Shown piece by piece: positions 13,994 through 28,125 of a stretch of 64,000 bases of DNA. The DNA is from Paraspadella gotoi (lineage: Eukaryota > Animalia > Chaetognatha). The stretch is from assembly GCA_051294375.1 (NCBI GenBank), contig CM119269.1:2145601-2209600 (forward strand). The letters are read 5' to 3'. Below the pieces are notes generated by a model. That model ran no database searches. It worked only from the letters and a program-made list of their open reading frames with translations, and was not told the origin of the DNA. A program made the position numbers and the translations under genes. Each line of letters opens with the position of its first letter. Within the stretch, counting starts at the first letter, position 1.

Positions 13994-15824
13994 AGAGAGA
14001 GAGAGAGAGAGAGGAGAGAGTAGAAAAGAAGAGAGAGATTTCGCACAATCAAGTTACTTTCGAAAGCTTTCTTCGTTCTTTCGTTGAATGTAATCGACGA
14101 TTATAAACATTTTTTTGAACAGTCTTTTAACTTTATCGAAATCTATAAAAGGTTAGAAGCCTTGTTTTCACGGAAATTTACTTTAACCAGAAAATTTCCA
14201 TAAATCCGAATAAACATTCGAATTAAGTAAATAATGAAATAAAATCATAAATGGACTTTTTAATTTGGTATTTTGGTCAAATTAATCGGTTCTTTGTCTT
14301 AACCAAACCTTTGATCAGATTTTAGTTTCGAACCTCTCTGACTTTGTTCATTGCTTTCGTTCATCGCGTTTGCCTTTTGTTTTTTTCGTTCTCCTTTAAT
14401 ATCTTTGTTATTAGTTTTTTTTATTTCTTTTTTAATTTAGAATGATAAATCCATAAATTTTAAGTCTAAAAAAAGCATCTTTTTCAATTTAAAATGGTTT
14501 TAAATAATTTATCGATCAATAAAAAACAATACAATGGATCCAAAATTCAAAATTGATAAACACAATTAACAATTATTAAACATTTTCGAATAAATTTAAT
14601 CAACGGACAAGCATATCCGTCGCCACTGATTCACTCGACGACGAGAAAATTTTCGATCTCAAACGAAAAAAAAAATCTTTTTTTTCGAAACAAATCAATG
14701 TACATTTTAAATACTACGAAAAAATAATTGTATTTTCGCCCTCTCTCTCTCTCTCTCCTCGGTCTCTCTCTCTCTCTCTTCTCTCGTCTCTCTCTCTCTC
14801 TCTCGCGGTTTTAAATCATTCCTCGTTTTTCAATGATCCTCAGTCCCCCGATTATCCTTCTACTCTTCAGCCTAAAACCCATCACCGTAAACCCATCAAA
14901 AAAAGAAAAAAAAAATAAAAAAAAAAAGAAAAAGGCAAAAAAATCAAGTCTCCATCAATTGTTGCATCAAATAATTCTTCTAAAATGCAAATTTTACTTC
15001 TTTTTACTTTTATATGTAATTTTTGCAGTCATGATATATATATATAATATATAATAAAAGTCAAGCAACAACATAAAGAATAAAGAAAGAGAGAGAGAAA
15101 GAGAGAAAGAGAGAAAGAGAGAAGAAGAGAGAAAAGAGAAAAAGAGAGAAAGAAAAAGAGAAGAAAAAATGAAGAAAGAAAGAAGAAAGAAAGAAAGAAA
15201 GAGAAAGAAAGAAAAGAAAGAAAGAAAAAGAAAGAAAGAAAAAGAAAAGAAAACAGGAAAGAAAAAGAGAACAAAAACGGTTAACTGGAATAAAATCGGG
15301 TGCGAATTCTGTCTAACTCGACAAGTAAACAAAAGCACAACGTTTCAATCATATATTATAACGAAGAATACTTTCTTCGTCTTTGTTGTTGTTGTTGTTT
15401 CATTGTCGTCGTTGTCGTGTTTATAGTCGATTTCTCTCTTTTAAACGAAAACCTCTACAAAAGCAAGAATACCTACTATAAACTTTAAGAATAACATTTA
15501 AATTACATAATGTATTATTCCTCACCTCGCTTAACAAGACAAAAAGATTTAATTTTCGAAAATTAACAAACGAAATTTTCTACCGACGAAGATTTTTTAG
15601 CCCTTCGCAACTGAAAACGAGCATATAGAATCGATTCACAAGAAATTTTTTTTTCTGCGTTCACTCGTGATCCTCCTGTTCGCGAAAGATAATCGATTCA
15701 CCGTATGGATTATTGTTGTTTTGAGTCCTCTCCTCAATCCTTTTATTTGCTTTAGATATCTCTTTTCTTTCGTCCCTACTCTCTCTCTCTCATCTCTTTC
15801 TCTTGCTCTCTTTCTCGTCTTCTC

Positions 15825-15872
<48 letters not shown>

Positions 15873-18800
15873 CTCTGCTCTCTTCTCTCTTCTCTCTCTC
15901 CTTCTCCTCTCTCTTCTCTCATCTCTCTCTCTCATCTCTTCTCTCTCTCTTCTCTCTCTCTCCCTCTCTCTTCTCTCTCCGTAACAAAACAAATGGAGGA
16001 TACAAGCGATTCGACATGGTCACTAATCAAGCTTAATAAGCCACCAATTATAAATAGCCAAAGAAACAATTTAACCTTCTAACATCTCGGAATTGAAAAA
16101 TTTACAAATTTTAAATTGAATGCCTGTAATAATCTTTTTTATCATTATACGAAAAAAAAGAGAAATTAAAAAAACAGATTTAAATTCACTTATAGATTTT
16201 GTTACTATTTTCAACTTCTCCCAAAAAACTTTTTGGAACCATCGTGGAAATTTCGTCGGGATCGTATGACGGACGATAACGCAGAAGAAAGACAAGAAAG
16301 ACACGACGAGACGACACGATGACGAAGACATAACGACGAAGAACGTCGTTTCGTCAACGAAGGAGAAAAGATTAAAGGCGACGACAGATTAATTAAGACG
16401 ACGAAAACTCGATCAACTTTTGACGAAAACGGAAAAAGTCGTCGAGCGACTTTTTTTTCAAAAGAACAAATTTTCGAAGTCAGAATTACGACAATATTTC
16501 GGATTCCCGAAATTTCCTTCCCCCGTTACTTATTGCCGCGAAAGATAGTCGTCAAGTCCTCATTTGTTGCTTTTAATTTCATTGGAGAAAAAAAAACTAA
16601 ACACTTATTTGCGTACTAGTGGTAAAACCATATCCTGTGAAAAACTAAAGAAAAGTTATCTCTCGACGAATGTCAACGGTGCGGATTTCCGTTCGACCTC
16701 CTGACGTCGTCGTCCCCGTCTTTCGATTCCTCTTCGCCTCTGTCTTCGTTGCTCCTCGTCCATGCCCTTGTCCTCAGCGCGAATCCACCCACAGTTTAAT
16801 GCGTATTAAGGGCAGCCAACGCCACCCTTTCGTGTTTCCTACACGTTGGGATCCCGTGGTAAAGGCATTTATTTTTTTCGTTGGGACTCTATCCGGTAAC
16901 GACTGGGTTTTCAGACACAAAATTTTATCAATACCGAGTTTGCAAATAAAAAAGTAAAATATTATCAAGACAAACCGTACTTATGAGTTTAAAGAGCCAT
17001 TAGCAACCTTTTAATTCCCGGAGTCGGAGAATGCTGATTTCCGAAGTTACAGCTTGTAACATTTCTTCCGAATTTCGTTCAAAAGAACGCCGTCATAGAA
17101 TCAAAACTCCCGGTATCCCAAAATATGACTCTAATCAACCCGCGGCGCGTGCGTGCGTCGACCGAAGTCTACCGACAATCACTGCATGGGCGACAGATGG
17201 CGTTCAACTCCAAAAATCGGCTGGACCTCGCCGGAGTCGACATCACCGCTAACGCTTCCGAATCGACCAATGGAAACAACGTGAGCATCAACGCTGTCAC
17301 TAACGCCGAAGGGAGAGCAACGACGGTGCCCAGTTGCAGTGCTTCGCCATGTACGACGTCGCCAACGCCCTATCGATCAAACCGCTTCTTTCCGATTCGG
17401 CTCAACCTCGTCGTCCACGTTCGCCTTCCGACTCCGAACATGCACGAGCTATCTCCAACGGGTCGTGGCTTCGAGCTGGGACTCAGGCATGTACCATCAA
17501 TTGTCAAGTCCTCTAGTCTCGGGAAAACCCACGGGAAAACTTATCCTTAGCAAAAGAAAGCGATCCGCTATTTTTCGACGATAATCAGTTCGACGTCCAT
17601 AGAATACTCTTTGGATTTGACGGAAATCTTTAAATGGGCAGGAGGTCGAGTGTCGCGCCGAAAACGAAAGCCAGCAACGCCACCGGCCAAGTTTTTTACC
17701 GACGTCGTCTCCCTCTCTGTCGCGATCGGACCGGCATCGGCGCCGATAATTTTCCGGAAACGAATTCGAATAGTTCGAGGCGACAACGCCACCTTTTGCG
17801 TGTCTCGCGTCGAACGCCAACCCGGCGCCACTTTTCACGTGGAGAGTCGGTAGCGTGACAATGCTTGAGAAAAGGTTCGCGGCGAGGAGCGTTTCCGCCG
17901 GCGCCAACGGTGGCGACGTCGCTCGCAGCGATTTCGTCGTCGATAACTTGAAGGCATCGCAAAAATGGGATGGAGGTGGCTTGCGAAACCGCGGAATCCG
18001 GTCACCGACGTCGTCCAGACGTCAACGAAGAGCTTGACCGTATCTTCCGGACCCTCGCAACGCGGACTCTGAGAGGCGTCGGGCGTCGGCGTCGGCGATC
18101 TTTTGATCGAAGGTCGCCTAATTACGACTTCGATGCTCGTGGAGAAGCTCGGGATATCCCCAGTCGTTCGTCAAAGTTTTCCGCGTCGACGTTGGAGAAA
18201 ACAAAACCGAGTACAACGCTTCGTTGTCGTCGTCGTCAAATATTTTCGCTGTCTCAATCAACGCGTCTCGTTCGATCGATGGATCCAAATCTCAACGTGC
18301 TTCGTCACAACCGACACTACGAAAACGATGCCACTTCCACGATTCCCTCGGCGTTGCATTTGGACCCGACTTTGTGGTCATTACCGGAAATGACAACCGG
18401 CGTCGGACGGTGACAATTGTCACGTTGACGTGCAAACTCGGGCGTCCAATCCATTAGTAGCGTCATTTGGCGAGACGTGGACACCGACGCCATCTTATCG
18501 TCGGTTTCCGATCCGCCACAGGCGACGGCTCCGTTGAAATCTACGGTCGTCGTTTCGGCCACCGCGGCTCGTCAATCCAATCCGCGTCGTCTGCGTCGAC
18601 CACGAATAACGTCAGGGAGTAAAGTTTCCGCCAATCAACTGTCATCAACGTATTTCATCCGCCGTCGCGCCTGCATCGACGCGCGGATTGGGCCGTCAAT
18701 GGAACTGATTATCGTCATCGTGTGTCGCGTGGATTCTCCAGGATATTGCGCGTCGCCAATTTGACGTTGACAGCTTGACGGGATAAACAACGCCGCAGAT

Positions 18801-20466
18801 TCAAGAGAATGATACGACCGGTCAAAGCTTCGATCCCCGTTGATCAGACAGTCTAAAGGGAAAGATACTCGGCTGCTCCGCCGACATACGGCGGCAACCC
18901 GTCCCCCCTGACGGATTCAACAAGACCATCCAGGTCGATGGGACCCCCTCCGTCAGCATTTCCGGTCCGCCCTCGGGTGCGAGTTCGCAGTCGTGACGGT
19001 CACCTGCGAAGCGCGCGGCTTTAACCCGAACGCTTCGCATTTCCAGTGGCGGTCGATCCGACGGTGGCGCCGTGACGCTTACTCGCGACGACTTTCCACG
19101 ATTTGGGCAACGAGGGATTCGGCTGACCCAATCGGGCCAACTCTTCTTTAATCAGACGCTCGAGTCATCTTGTGGTGCGAATTGATGAACTCGGCACTGA
19201 AATACGGACCGTCTCTCTCAAAACTTGACCTCGAAACTTCACTATCCGCCCGAGTCCACGATTGACGGGCATTCCCGGACTATCTGCCCGTCGGATCCGA
19301 CGTTCGAATCGGTCTGCGACTTTGCCAGCGTTGAAGACGCCGGAAATCCCCTCGGCGAATCTGAACGCTGCGAGTCGGCGGGCGTCCGACGTCGGAGCGT
19401 TACGGCACAAACTTGACGACGACGCTGATGGATGAGAAGAAGGTCGTTGAATGCGCTGCGGAGCAGCATTTGCTGTCGACGCCGATAAAAATAGAGAAAA
19501 TGATGAAGGTGGTCGACGGACCCTCGGCGGTGACGCTGAGCACGAGTGCGGATCCGGGCGCAGAGAACGTTTCCTTTTTACTCTGACCTGCGAGGGAGCC
19601 AAGTGGAGCCGGAAGCCGCGGCGACGTGACCTGGCGACGCCGCCGGCGTAGTCATAACGCCATCGGATTCCCCTCGAACTCAAACCGACGGCGACTTTCG
19701 GCACCGGAAAACTTATTTTCCTCCATCGAATGACGCCGACTTTCGAGGACGACGGCGTCATCTTCACGATGCGTCGTCGCCAACGCCTCACGTCCCCAAC
19801 TCTGAGAAGACGTCGACTTTAAAAACCGCTCGACGTGACCTTCGCCCCCTCGATTCTCCTGCGAACGAGCGACTCGAATCCGTGCGTCGTCAAGCGTCAC
19901 TTGCCTCCCGTCCTCTCAACCCCAAAGCTCGACGTCCGCGACGTCGGCTTCTCCTTTCTCCGACCGGCGTCGTCCCGCCACCCGACGTCAGTCAAGACGC
20001 GACGCCGGCGTCAGAACCGTCGGCCTCAACTTTTCTCGCCCTCCAGGGGACTTCGATACGTCGTCCCACGCCGGCGCCGCCAAACGGGCGTTCCGATTCA
20101 ACGCGACGGGAGCGACGCCGCCGCCGCCGGTGGTCACGGCCGGTTTGTCCGTAAACGAATGGATCGTCCGTCGCCGTCGCCAGCGTCGTCGCTCTCATAC
20201 TCCTACGTCATCATCATCGTCGTGCTGTGCCGCAAGAAGCCGAGGAAGCACAAACTTCACGATTCCCGCGGGCGGAGGATATGCGATGCAGGAGGATCGG
20301 GACAAGAGGGAGATGAAGAGTCGGGTGAAGTCAAATGGAAATATTTGGATATCAAGTAAAGCAGTGTTATCAATTTAATTTTTTGTATTAATATAAATTT
20401 TGATTAATTTTTTAAAATTAATTTTCTTAATGTCGAAAAAAATGGGAGACAAAATATGATATACTA

Positions 20467-20507
<41 letters not shown>

Positions 20508-21935
20508 AATAAAAAACTGATCAAAATCTTTTTTTCAAATACATAAAGTTTATTTCGCTATGTGTCTTATTTTTTCTTCATTTCTCCTTTTCTTCCTCAA
20601 GGAATTCTACGGCTCGAAACCAAGTCAGACACCGGATGTCGTTGGCGGCGGATTCCGCACCGCTCCGAAGGCCGCAAGCCGCAGCCTTAGCCGGCGTCCC
20701 TCCACGTTAACGCTCGGCTTCGAACCTGATTCCGAAACGCCGCCTCCGCGTCCGGCGATGGACCTTGGAATCTTTGACCGGCGACGAACGTTTCGTCGGA
20801 AGCGCCGCTGCATCCTCGGAGCGCCCGGGTTCCGTCGTTATTACTACTCGCGAGTGAAGCAAAGAATCGAGGGCAACGGTTCCGGAGACGCGCTTCACCT
20901 CGCCGACTCTCGACGCCGATGAACTCCGTGGCGCCGTTGACGCCGCGATCGACGCATCCGGGACGGAGTTTATTCCCGGCGCCGTTTCGACGCCGCCCGT
21001 CTCACGCCAACGGCGACCTCTTTCCCAAACTTCCCTTCGACGAGGAAGCGACGACGGCGACGACGACTGATCTCAATTCGAACGAGAGACTGCGAGTCGG
21101 AGGAAAAGGACGGAATCGTCACGTGGGACGATCCAGTGTGGTTGTAGCGTCGGGGGGGGGGCTTTGCTTGGAGGACGGGGGTTAATTCTCTCGGGCGCTG
21201 GGGTGAGTGTGTGTTTCAAGCAAAATGTCATTGGCGTCAGGTGTGGTTTGTAAATTAATTCCGTGACTGATTTTGACGATTGCATGAATGTGCATGAACT
21301 GCACGTGGTTGTTAATGGCGCCTGAACTTTTTTTCGTGACTCGGCATTTGCTATAAATTTTATTTCGCATCGTTTCTATTGATAGTCAATGTCTATTTGG
21401 TTAATATGATGAATCTCTTATTGTCGCTGAGGGAATATTCTGATCTACTTGTTAATGTAACAGTATGTACTTATTCGTTACAATTTTAGTGGGCTTTCCA
21501 AAAACAATCCAGCGGGAGACTGTTGAGTTTCCGACTTTAATCCACGCAGTGTGGTGGGGTTAGTTTCCTTTTTTAATCCGACACGTTTCAAACATCACTA
21601 ATTTCATTCTTTGGGTGTATGTATTTTTTACTAATTATTATCTCATGTGCACAATCTTTGTTCTTTGTTTTTTAGAGACCAAAAGAGCTTAAATTTGTTT
21701 TATTCTTAAAAAACCCCTTGATTTAACTTCCGGTCGTTTGTGATAAAAACGCGGTACGATTCTGCATTGATATTTGAATAGTTGATCGTCTTTTTTTGTG
21801 ATTGCAACATTGTAAAATAAAATATTTTTTGTCAATAATTATTGTGAAAACGTTTTTAGTCGGTGTCGAGCTTCTATGGCCAATTGGACACAACAGAGAA
21901 AATACTAGAGATAATAGAGATGCGAGAGAGAGAAG
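11788..21935 (-). repeat. ~10 kb inverted duplication of ~1-9940
   Basis: Reverse complement of the window start (TAGAGATGCGAGAGAGA) is found at ~21915-21935; collinear mirror of the Ig gene, GA tracts and upstream region. Confidence 0.95.
16670..21147 (+). pseudogene. Frameshifted inverted copy of the Ig-receptor gene (probably an error-rich assembly copy rather than a true pseudogene)
   Basis: Peptide fragments identical to the intact gene (LAGVDITANASESTNGNNV, ARSVSAGANGGDVARSDFVVDNLKASQ, ANGDLFPKLPFDEEATTATTTDLNSNERL) are scattered over all three frames by dozens of 1-nt indels. Confidence 0.85.
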
Positions 21936-21947
21936 AGAAAGCAAGAA

Positions 21948-21984
<37 letters not shown>

Positions 21985-22180
21985 AGAGAGAGATTCTTTA
22001 ATAATATTATGATCCTCCTCTCCCCTGCATCTACGTGACCTAATCGTTGTCATGGCAATGAGATAGACAACAGGCCTAAAAAAAAATGTTGGATACAAGA
22101 TTAATCAGAAAAACTAATTTTCACTGAAATTCGAATTTAGAAAATATTTTTAAAAAAATGTTTGACATGAAAATTCTCGG

Positions 22181-22970
22181 ATGAAGCAGAGCCGATTCGA
22201 AGAGCGAATCGAAAGAGTGACGATGGACGAAGTTCCGGAAATCTTCACGTTCCTTTCGGGTCAGAAATTTTAAAAAAAGAGGAAATCAAACAAATTTTTA
22301 TTTTTTTAAGGCGATGTGGGTAACTTCAGTCAAGAAAAGAGAATAGCTTATTTATTGATACAAACTTAATATTTTTTTAATAAATTACCGTTAACAAACC
22401 CTTCTCTGGACGCAATTCGCCGAATCATCCAGAATCTTTTAACGGCAATAATCAATCAGCAAACTAAGTACTATCCATTCCGCTCCCTGCCCCCCCTCGT
22501 CCTAGTTTACTGCCCAGCCTTCCGCCACCGCCGACGCCCCAGTCGAAGCGACGCCGCCTGGCGCCGCGTCATCGAGACGGAATCGTGGATGGAACTCGCA
22601 GCGCTTTCCTTGCTGTCCGCTGCGGCGCGACGCGCTGGGCGAACGGCCGAGACGCGATCGCTGCGACGTGATCGCTTTCTGACCGCCGAGGGTCAACCGC
22701 GGCGCCGGCGGGTGACGCGCGAGGACTCGACGCAAGTGGCGCAACGCGCGCGGTCGAGCGGGGGGCGCCGCAAAAAGCCGTTCCGGTCAGCCGCCGAGTC
22801 TCGATTCGGTCGGGCGGCGCTGTTCTGCCGCTGCGCTGTCTGCCGCTGCGCTGTCGAGTATAAACTGCTGCCTGCGGCCCCGGGAGAACCGCCTTCGACG
22901 AGCGCGATTGCCGCCGCTTATTCGGATCGTCGAGACTGGCGAACGATGTACAGTCGTCGTCGCCGTATCT
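22181..22970 (+). other. Possible fragment of an F-box-like gene (error-rich sequence)
   Basis: MDEVPEIFTFLS at ~22223, then after a putative intron YCPAF...SDAAWRRVIE and later DWRTMYSRRR. Loosely resembles an F-box motif; GC-rich like the true exons; frames broken. Confidence 0.25.
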
Positions 22971-23923
22971 TTTTTNNNNNNNNNNNNNNNNNNNNNNNNN
23001 TTTCATCATATAATAGTTTCTACTACAAAGTGTGAAAAAGCGGAGAATTTGACCTTTTTTTTCATTTTTGATGCTGAAGATATAAAAAATTTTAATAATA
23101 TACTTTATATTTGTTATCTAACTTTTTTATGAAGAATCCCATCGAGACCGACGCGAGTTCGGTTTGAGGACTCCATCATCGTCGCCTTCGTCGTAATCAT
23201 CGTCGCTTTCGTCGTAATCATCGTCGCCCTCGTCGTCGTCGTAATCATCGGTCCATTCAACTTTCAGTTAAACGACCGAATCACCAAATTATTGCTCGAC
23301 GAGAATTTCTACGAAAGAAAGAAAGAAAGGCGGGGCTTATAATCTTTGTCAGCCTTTTTTTTCTTTCTTTCTCCTTTTTCTAAAGTTTTCTTGATGAATG
23401 ACAAAACTTTAATGGAATGTAAAATGCCGGGGACGTTTCCAATCCATCAGCCCAAGCCCCTTAACAATAGAGACTTTTTTTTTTTGCGCCCTCAACAGAC
23501 GGCGAAATTTATTATCGATGAATTGATAAATTCGAGATATATCTTAGTTCACTTTTAGTAACGCGGTTGCCTTATATTTATGTAGATTGTAGAAAGCAAT
23601 CGGTTCATCGTGTTGCTTTCAACTTGCCAATGAATCGCAAAAAAGATTTCGTTCTTTGTTTCTGTTTTTTGAGTGAAAGGGATTTCAGTCGAATCTGAGA
23701 CGCATTTGGAAGCGCGACAGAGCGAATAATCAATAGAATCACGACGACGGATGACAAAGGACGACAAAACCATCTGCCAGACATCGAAGGAGTGACCCCC
23801 TTTTCGCCGGTTGATGGTCGCCAGATCTTTTGCGCCCTCTCCATTCAACTCTCTCCGGGTTGCTCAATGGAGCAATTGCTAATTGCCTATTGCCTCACAC
23901 CACCCACCCTCTCCCCTAATTCT

Positions 23924-23954
<31 letters not shown>

Positions 23955-23967
23955 TCTCGTCTCTCTC

Positions 23968-23999
<32 letters not shown>

Positions 24000-24372
24000 T
24001 CTCTCTTCTCCAATCACCTCAACTACTTGACAACACAAGTATGCTGATTTTCCTTCACCCGAGAGATTCATAGCGTTGGTCTTTCTCTCTCTCTCAAAAA
24101 GCGGCGCCTTAGTCATACCATTAAACGCGCGTGCGGGCGCTGTCCCTCCGAACGGTCGCGCTTCCTCCCCTCCCTGCCACTTTCCCCCCTAAATTCTCCC
24201 CTCTCCTCTCAGGCCTCCCCTTCTCCCCTACTCCCCCTCGCGCGTGCTCGACCATCGCCAGCGACGATTAAACTGTCACGCGCGCGAAGTAGACCCTTAG
24301 CACCTGTTTTGTTTTTCATCGTTGCTAAGGAGAGAATGATTGATTTTTTTAAAACATTTTCTTGTTTCGTGA

Positions 24373-24480
24373 TTTTGTTGGTCTGGTTATCGGTTTGTTG
24401 GTCTGGTTATCGTTTTGTTGGTCTGGTTATCGTTTTGTTGGTCTGGTTATCGTTTTGTTGGTCTCTGTTATCGTTTGGTG
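24373..24480. repeat. Minisatellite, ~21-bp unit (TTTTGTTGGTCTGGTTATCGT) x ~5
   Basis: Directly visible head-to-tail repeats without spacers. Confidence 0.9.
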
Positions 24481-24529
24481 TTGTCCTTTTAATTTTGAGT
24501 TTTTTCAAAACAATTAAGTAACAATAACT

Positions 24530-27278
24530 TTTTCCTTGATAAGTATTTAACACTTTTCTCCCATATTCATCCTTTGTTGTATTCATATATAGTAGAGTGG
24601 AGCACTGGGGAACATAAATTTTATTTGAGTGAACAAACAAGAATATTTAGACGTGAGATAGTATGATTAAGGAGAACAAAAAATATTTGGTTATATTGTT
24701 TTGGGACAGTATCATTAATTACAATATATTTATAGTAATATCCTTTATAAAATCATAAATTTTCAAATAATTTTTTAAAAATTTTATTAAAGATTCTGAT
24801 TCTTCATAAAAAAGTTAGATAACAAATATAAAGTATATTATTAAAATTTTTTATATCTTTCAGCATCATCAAAATGAAAAAAAAGGTCAAATTCTCCGCT
24901 TTTTCACACTTTGTAGTAGAAACTATTATATGATGAAAACTTTTTGGTCATTTTTCGCAGCTTTAACCTAAAAATATCAATGTAACATATTTTATAAAAG
25001 TTTTTTAGTTTTTTTTGGCGAATCCTAAATTAAAAAAAATATGATTTAAAAATTTTATGATTTTATAAGGATATTACTATAAAGAAAATTCAATTAATGA
25101 TACTGTTATGCAAATTTTTTTGAAAATAGCTTAAATATTTTAAATTACATATACAAAGGCAGCAAAAAAATATTGTTCCATCGCTCAATCTTTTCATCAC
25201 TCACCCTAATATATAGTCTTCCACATTTAAAATTTCTTCAAACCTCGATGGATTTAAAATTGTCCACAAGGGGAGACAGTTTTCTCGCCAATTTTTTGAG
25301 AGCTCGTTATGCTTCGACTACCTCGTATACGTCGATAAAATATATTCCCCCAACTCACTTCGCCATCCACTTTTTTTCTTATGTTGAATCTTGCCTCTCA
25401 AATTCAGATTTATGACAAACCATATTTTTTTTCGCTTCTTTTTTATCGATTATTTCAGATCGTCGTCGTCGTCGTCGTCGTCGTCGTCCGACTCGCCGCC
25501 ACTCGTCGTCGTTCCCCAGTTTCGTCGGCTCACCTCACGAGAACTTACCTTTTCGTTGTTTTCCGCGAGTTTTTTTCGCTTAAAAAAATACGTTCTTCAT
25601 TTTTCAGTTTTTTAACGTCACTTTCACAATACACAAATTTTAATGGAATATATAATTTTAAAATAGATATTTGTATTGAAATAAACTACATCGAATTTCG
25701 TTGGTTAAAAGAACATGTTAAGTCGAGATATCGATTTAACTTAACTTTTAGAAATTCTTTAAAAAATAGTCAAATTAAAAATATATTTTGAAATGAAAAA
25801 GACTCGTTAAATTAAAAAAAAAACGTTTTAACCTATCAATACCGAGATAAAAAATGTAACAATATTGAAATTTTTCTGTTTGGATCGAAGCTGGCAGCAT
25901 GATTTATATTATGTCGGGTTGGCGGCAGAATTGTCGGTTGCGTCGCTGTTGACCTTTTCATATTAATTACAGAAAATGGCGGCCAGAGAGTTGGTGTTGT
26001 CGTCGTTGTTGTCGTTTCCAAATAGTTCGTTATGTATGCTGTTGCGGCGAGACTATTGCGCAAACAACGCCGACAACAACACGACTAATTTTCAGCGGGA
26101 TTATTCGAAAATTATCAACTCTGCCGGAATTCGAAAAATAATCAAACATCTGCGACCATCAGATCTTTGATCTGGATAGCGACAGGTGTCGACACCTGTC
26201 CGCATCTTCTTGTCGCAATGCGGAAAAATCTGTCGCAGTGCGGCAAAGATCTCGTAAAATGACGAGTCGTCATATTTCCTCTCTGCTTAGAAAATTTTAT
26301 GTCGTAAACTCAAATAAATGAGTGAACGCGTCGCAAGTCGCAAAGTAAAATTTGAAATATTTACGTACATATACAACGAAGGCATAGCTCTTATTCATTC
26401 CTTTATTCCTTTTTAATTTTTTTTAAACTTTGGCAGTTTATTACATAAAATATTAAAACCTTTTTCGTTCCTATATATCCATCGTGTGTTTGTATTCGTA
26501 AAAGCAAATAAAAATCAAAATGAAAACAAGGAAATGATAGAAAGAAATAAAGGAAAAGAAAGAGAGAAAAAAGGTTAGAAAGATAGAAAAAATAAAATAG
26601 AAAGTAAAAAAGAAAAGAAACGAAAATAAATAAAGAAAGAAAGGTTTTGAAAAAAGAGAAAGGAAAGAAATAAAAAAAGAAAGATGAAAAGAAAGCAAGA
26701 AGGAAAAAAAAAAAGACATTAATGCAGATAGACAGATATTAAAAAGATGAAGTAAAGTAAAGAAAAATATGTAAAGAAAGACTGAACGCTGAAAGAAGAA
26801 TCTGACGACGTTGCTGACTGATTCGATTTCCAAAACACGACGACGACGACGACGACGAAGACGAAGGCGACGACGACGACGACGACGAAGGCGACCAGGG
26901 CGCGATAACCACAAACATCTCTTCATCCCATCATTCTAAGCCCCAGCCCCAGCCCCTGCCCCATCCACATCCTATTTTTACTCCCCGTTTTCTTCCCCCT
27001 CTCCCCACGACCGTCGTTTCCGCTTGACTTGACGGGAGAATGGGGATGAGGAGGGGGGGAGGAGGGGAGAGAACGAGGGGAGGATACAGTGAGAGGGAGG
27101 GAGGGAGAAGGAACGAGGGGAAGAGAGAGGGAAGAGATGAGAGAGAGCAGAAATGGAGACGGAGGAGAGAGCGAAGAGGGAAGGAGAGTGAGAGAGGGGG
27201 AGAGAGGTAGGAGAGAGGAGGAGAGATGAGAGGAGAGAGGAGGAGAGAGAGAGCAGAGAGAGAGGGAGGGAGAGAGCG

Positions 27279-27345
<67 letters not shown>

Positions 27346-28082
27346 TTCACACAATTCAGTTACTTCGGAAACTTTCTTCGTTCTTTCGTTGAATGTAATC
27401 GAGCGATTATAAACATTTTTTGACAGTCTTTTAACTTTATCGAATCTTTTATCAAATAAGTTTAAAGCCTTGTTTTTCCGGAAATTTAACTTTAACCAGA
27501 AAATTTCCATTAATCCAATAAACATCGAAATTAAGTAAATAATGAAATAAATCATAATTGGACTTTTTAAATTTGGTATTTTTGGTCAAAAATTAATCGG
27601 GTTTCTTCTGTCTTAACAAACCTTTGATCAGATTTAGTTTCGAACTCTCTGACTTTTGTTCATTGCTTTCGTTCATCGCGTTTGCCTTTTGTTTTTTCGT
27701 TCTCCATTAATATCTTTGTTATTAGTTTTTTTATTTCTTTTAATTTAGAAATGATAAATCCATAATTTTAAGTCTAAAAAAAGCATCTTTTTCAATTAAA
27801 TGGTTTTAAATAATTTATCGATCAATAAAAAACAATACAATGGCCATCCAAAATTCAAAAATGATAAACACAATTAACAATTATTAAACTTATTTTGAAT
27901 AAAATTTAATCAACGACAGCATATCCGTCGCCACTTGATTCACTCGACGACGAGAAATTTCGATCTCAAAACGAAAAAAAAAATCTCTTTTTTTCGAAAA
28001 ACAAATTCAATGTACATTTTAAATACTAGAAAAATATTGTTATTTTCGCTTTCTTTTTTCTCTCCTCCTCTCTCTCTCTCTC

Positions 28083-28125
<43 letters not shown>

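Noticed and set aside
16670-21147. Programmed frameshifting or RNA editing rescuing the inverted Ig copy
   Set aside because: Indels are equally dense in flanking non-coding DNA and look like long-read error.
23140-23270. Short imperfect tandem (TCGTCGTAATCATCGTCGC) that reads MITTKAT repeats on the minus strand
   Set aside because: Could be an exon fragment, but it is cut by a chimeric junction and nothing identifies it.
24373-24480. CRISPR-like array
   Set aside because: Head-to-tail 21-bp units with no unique spacers, eukaryotic context, no cas genes.
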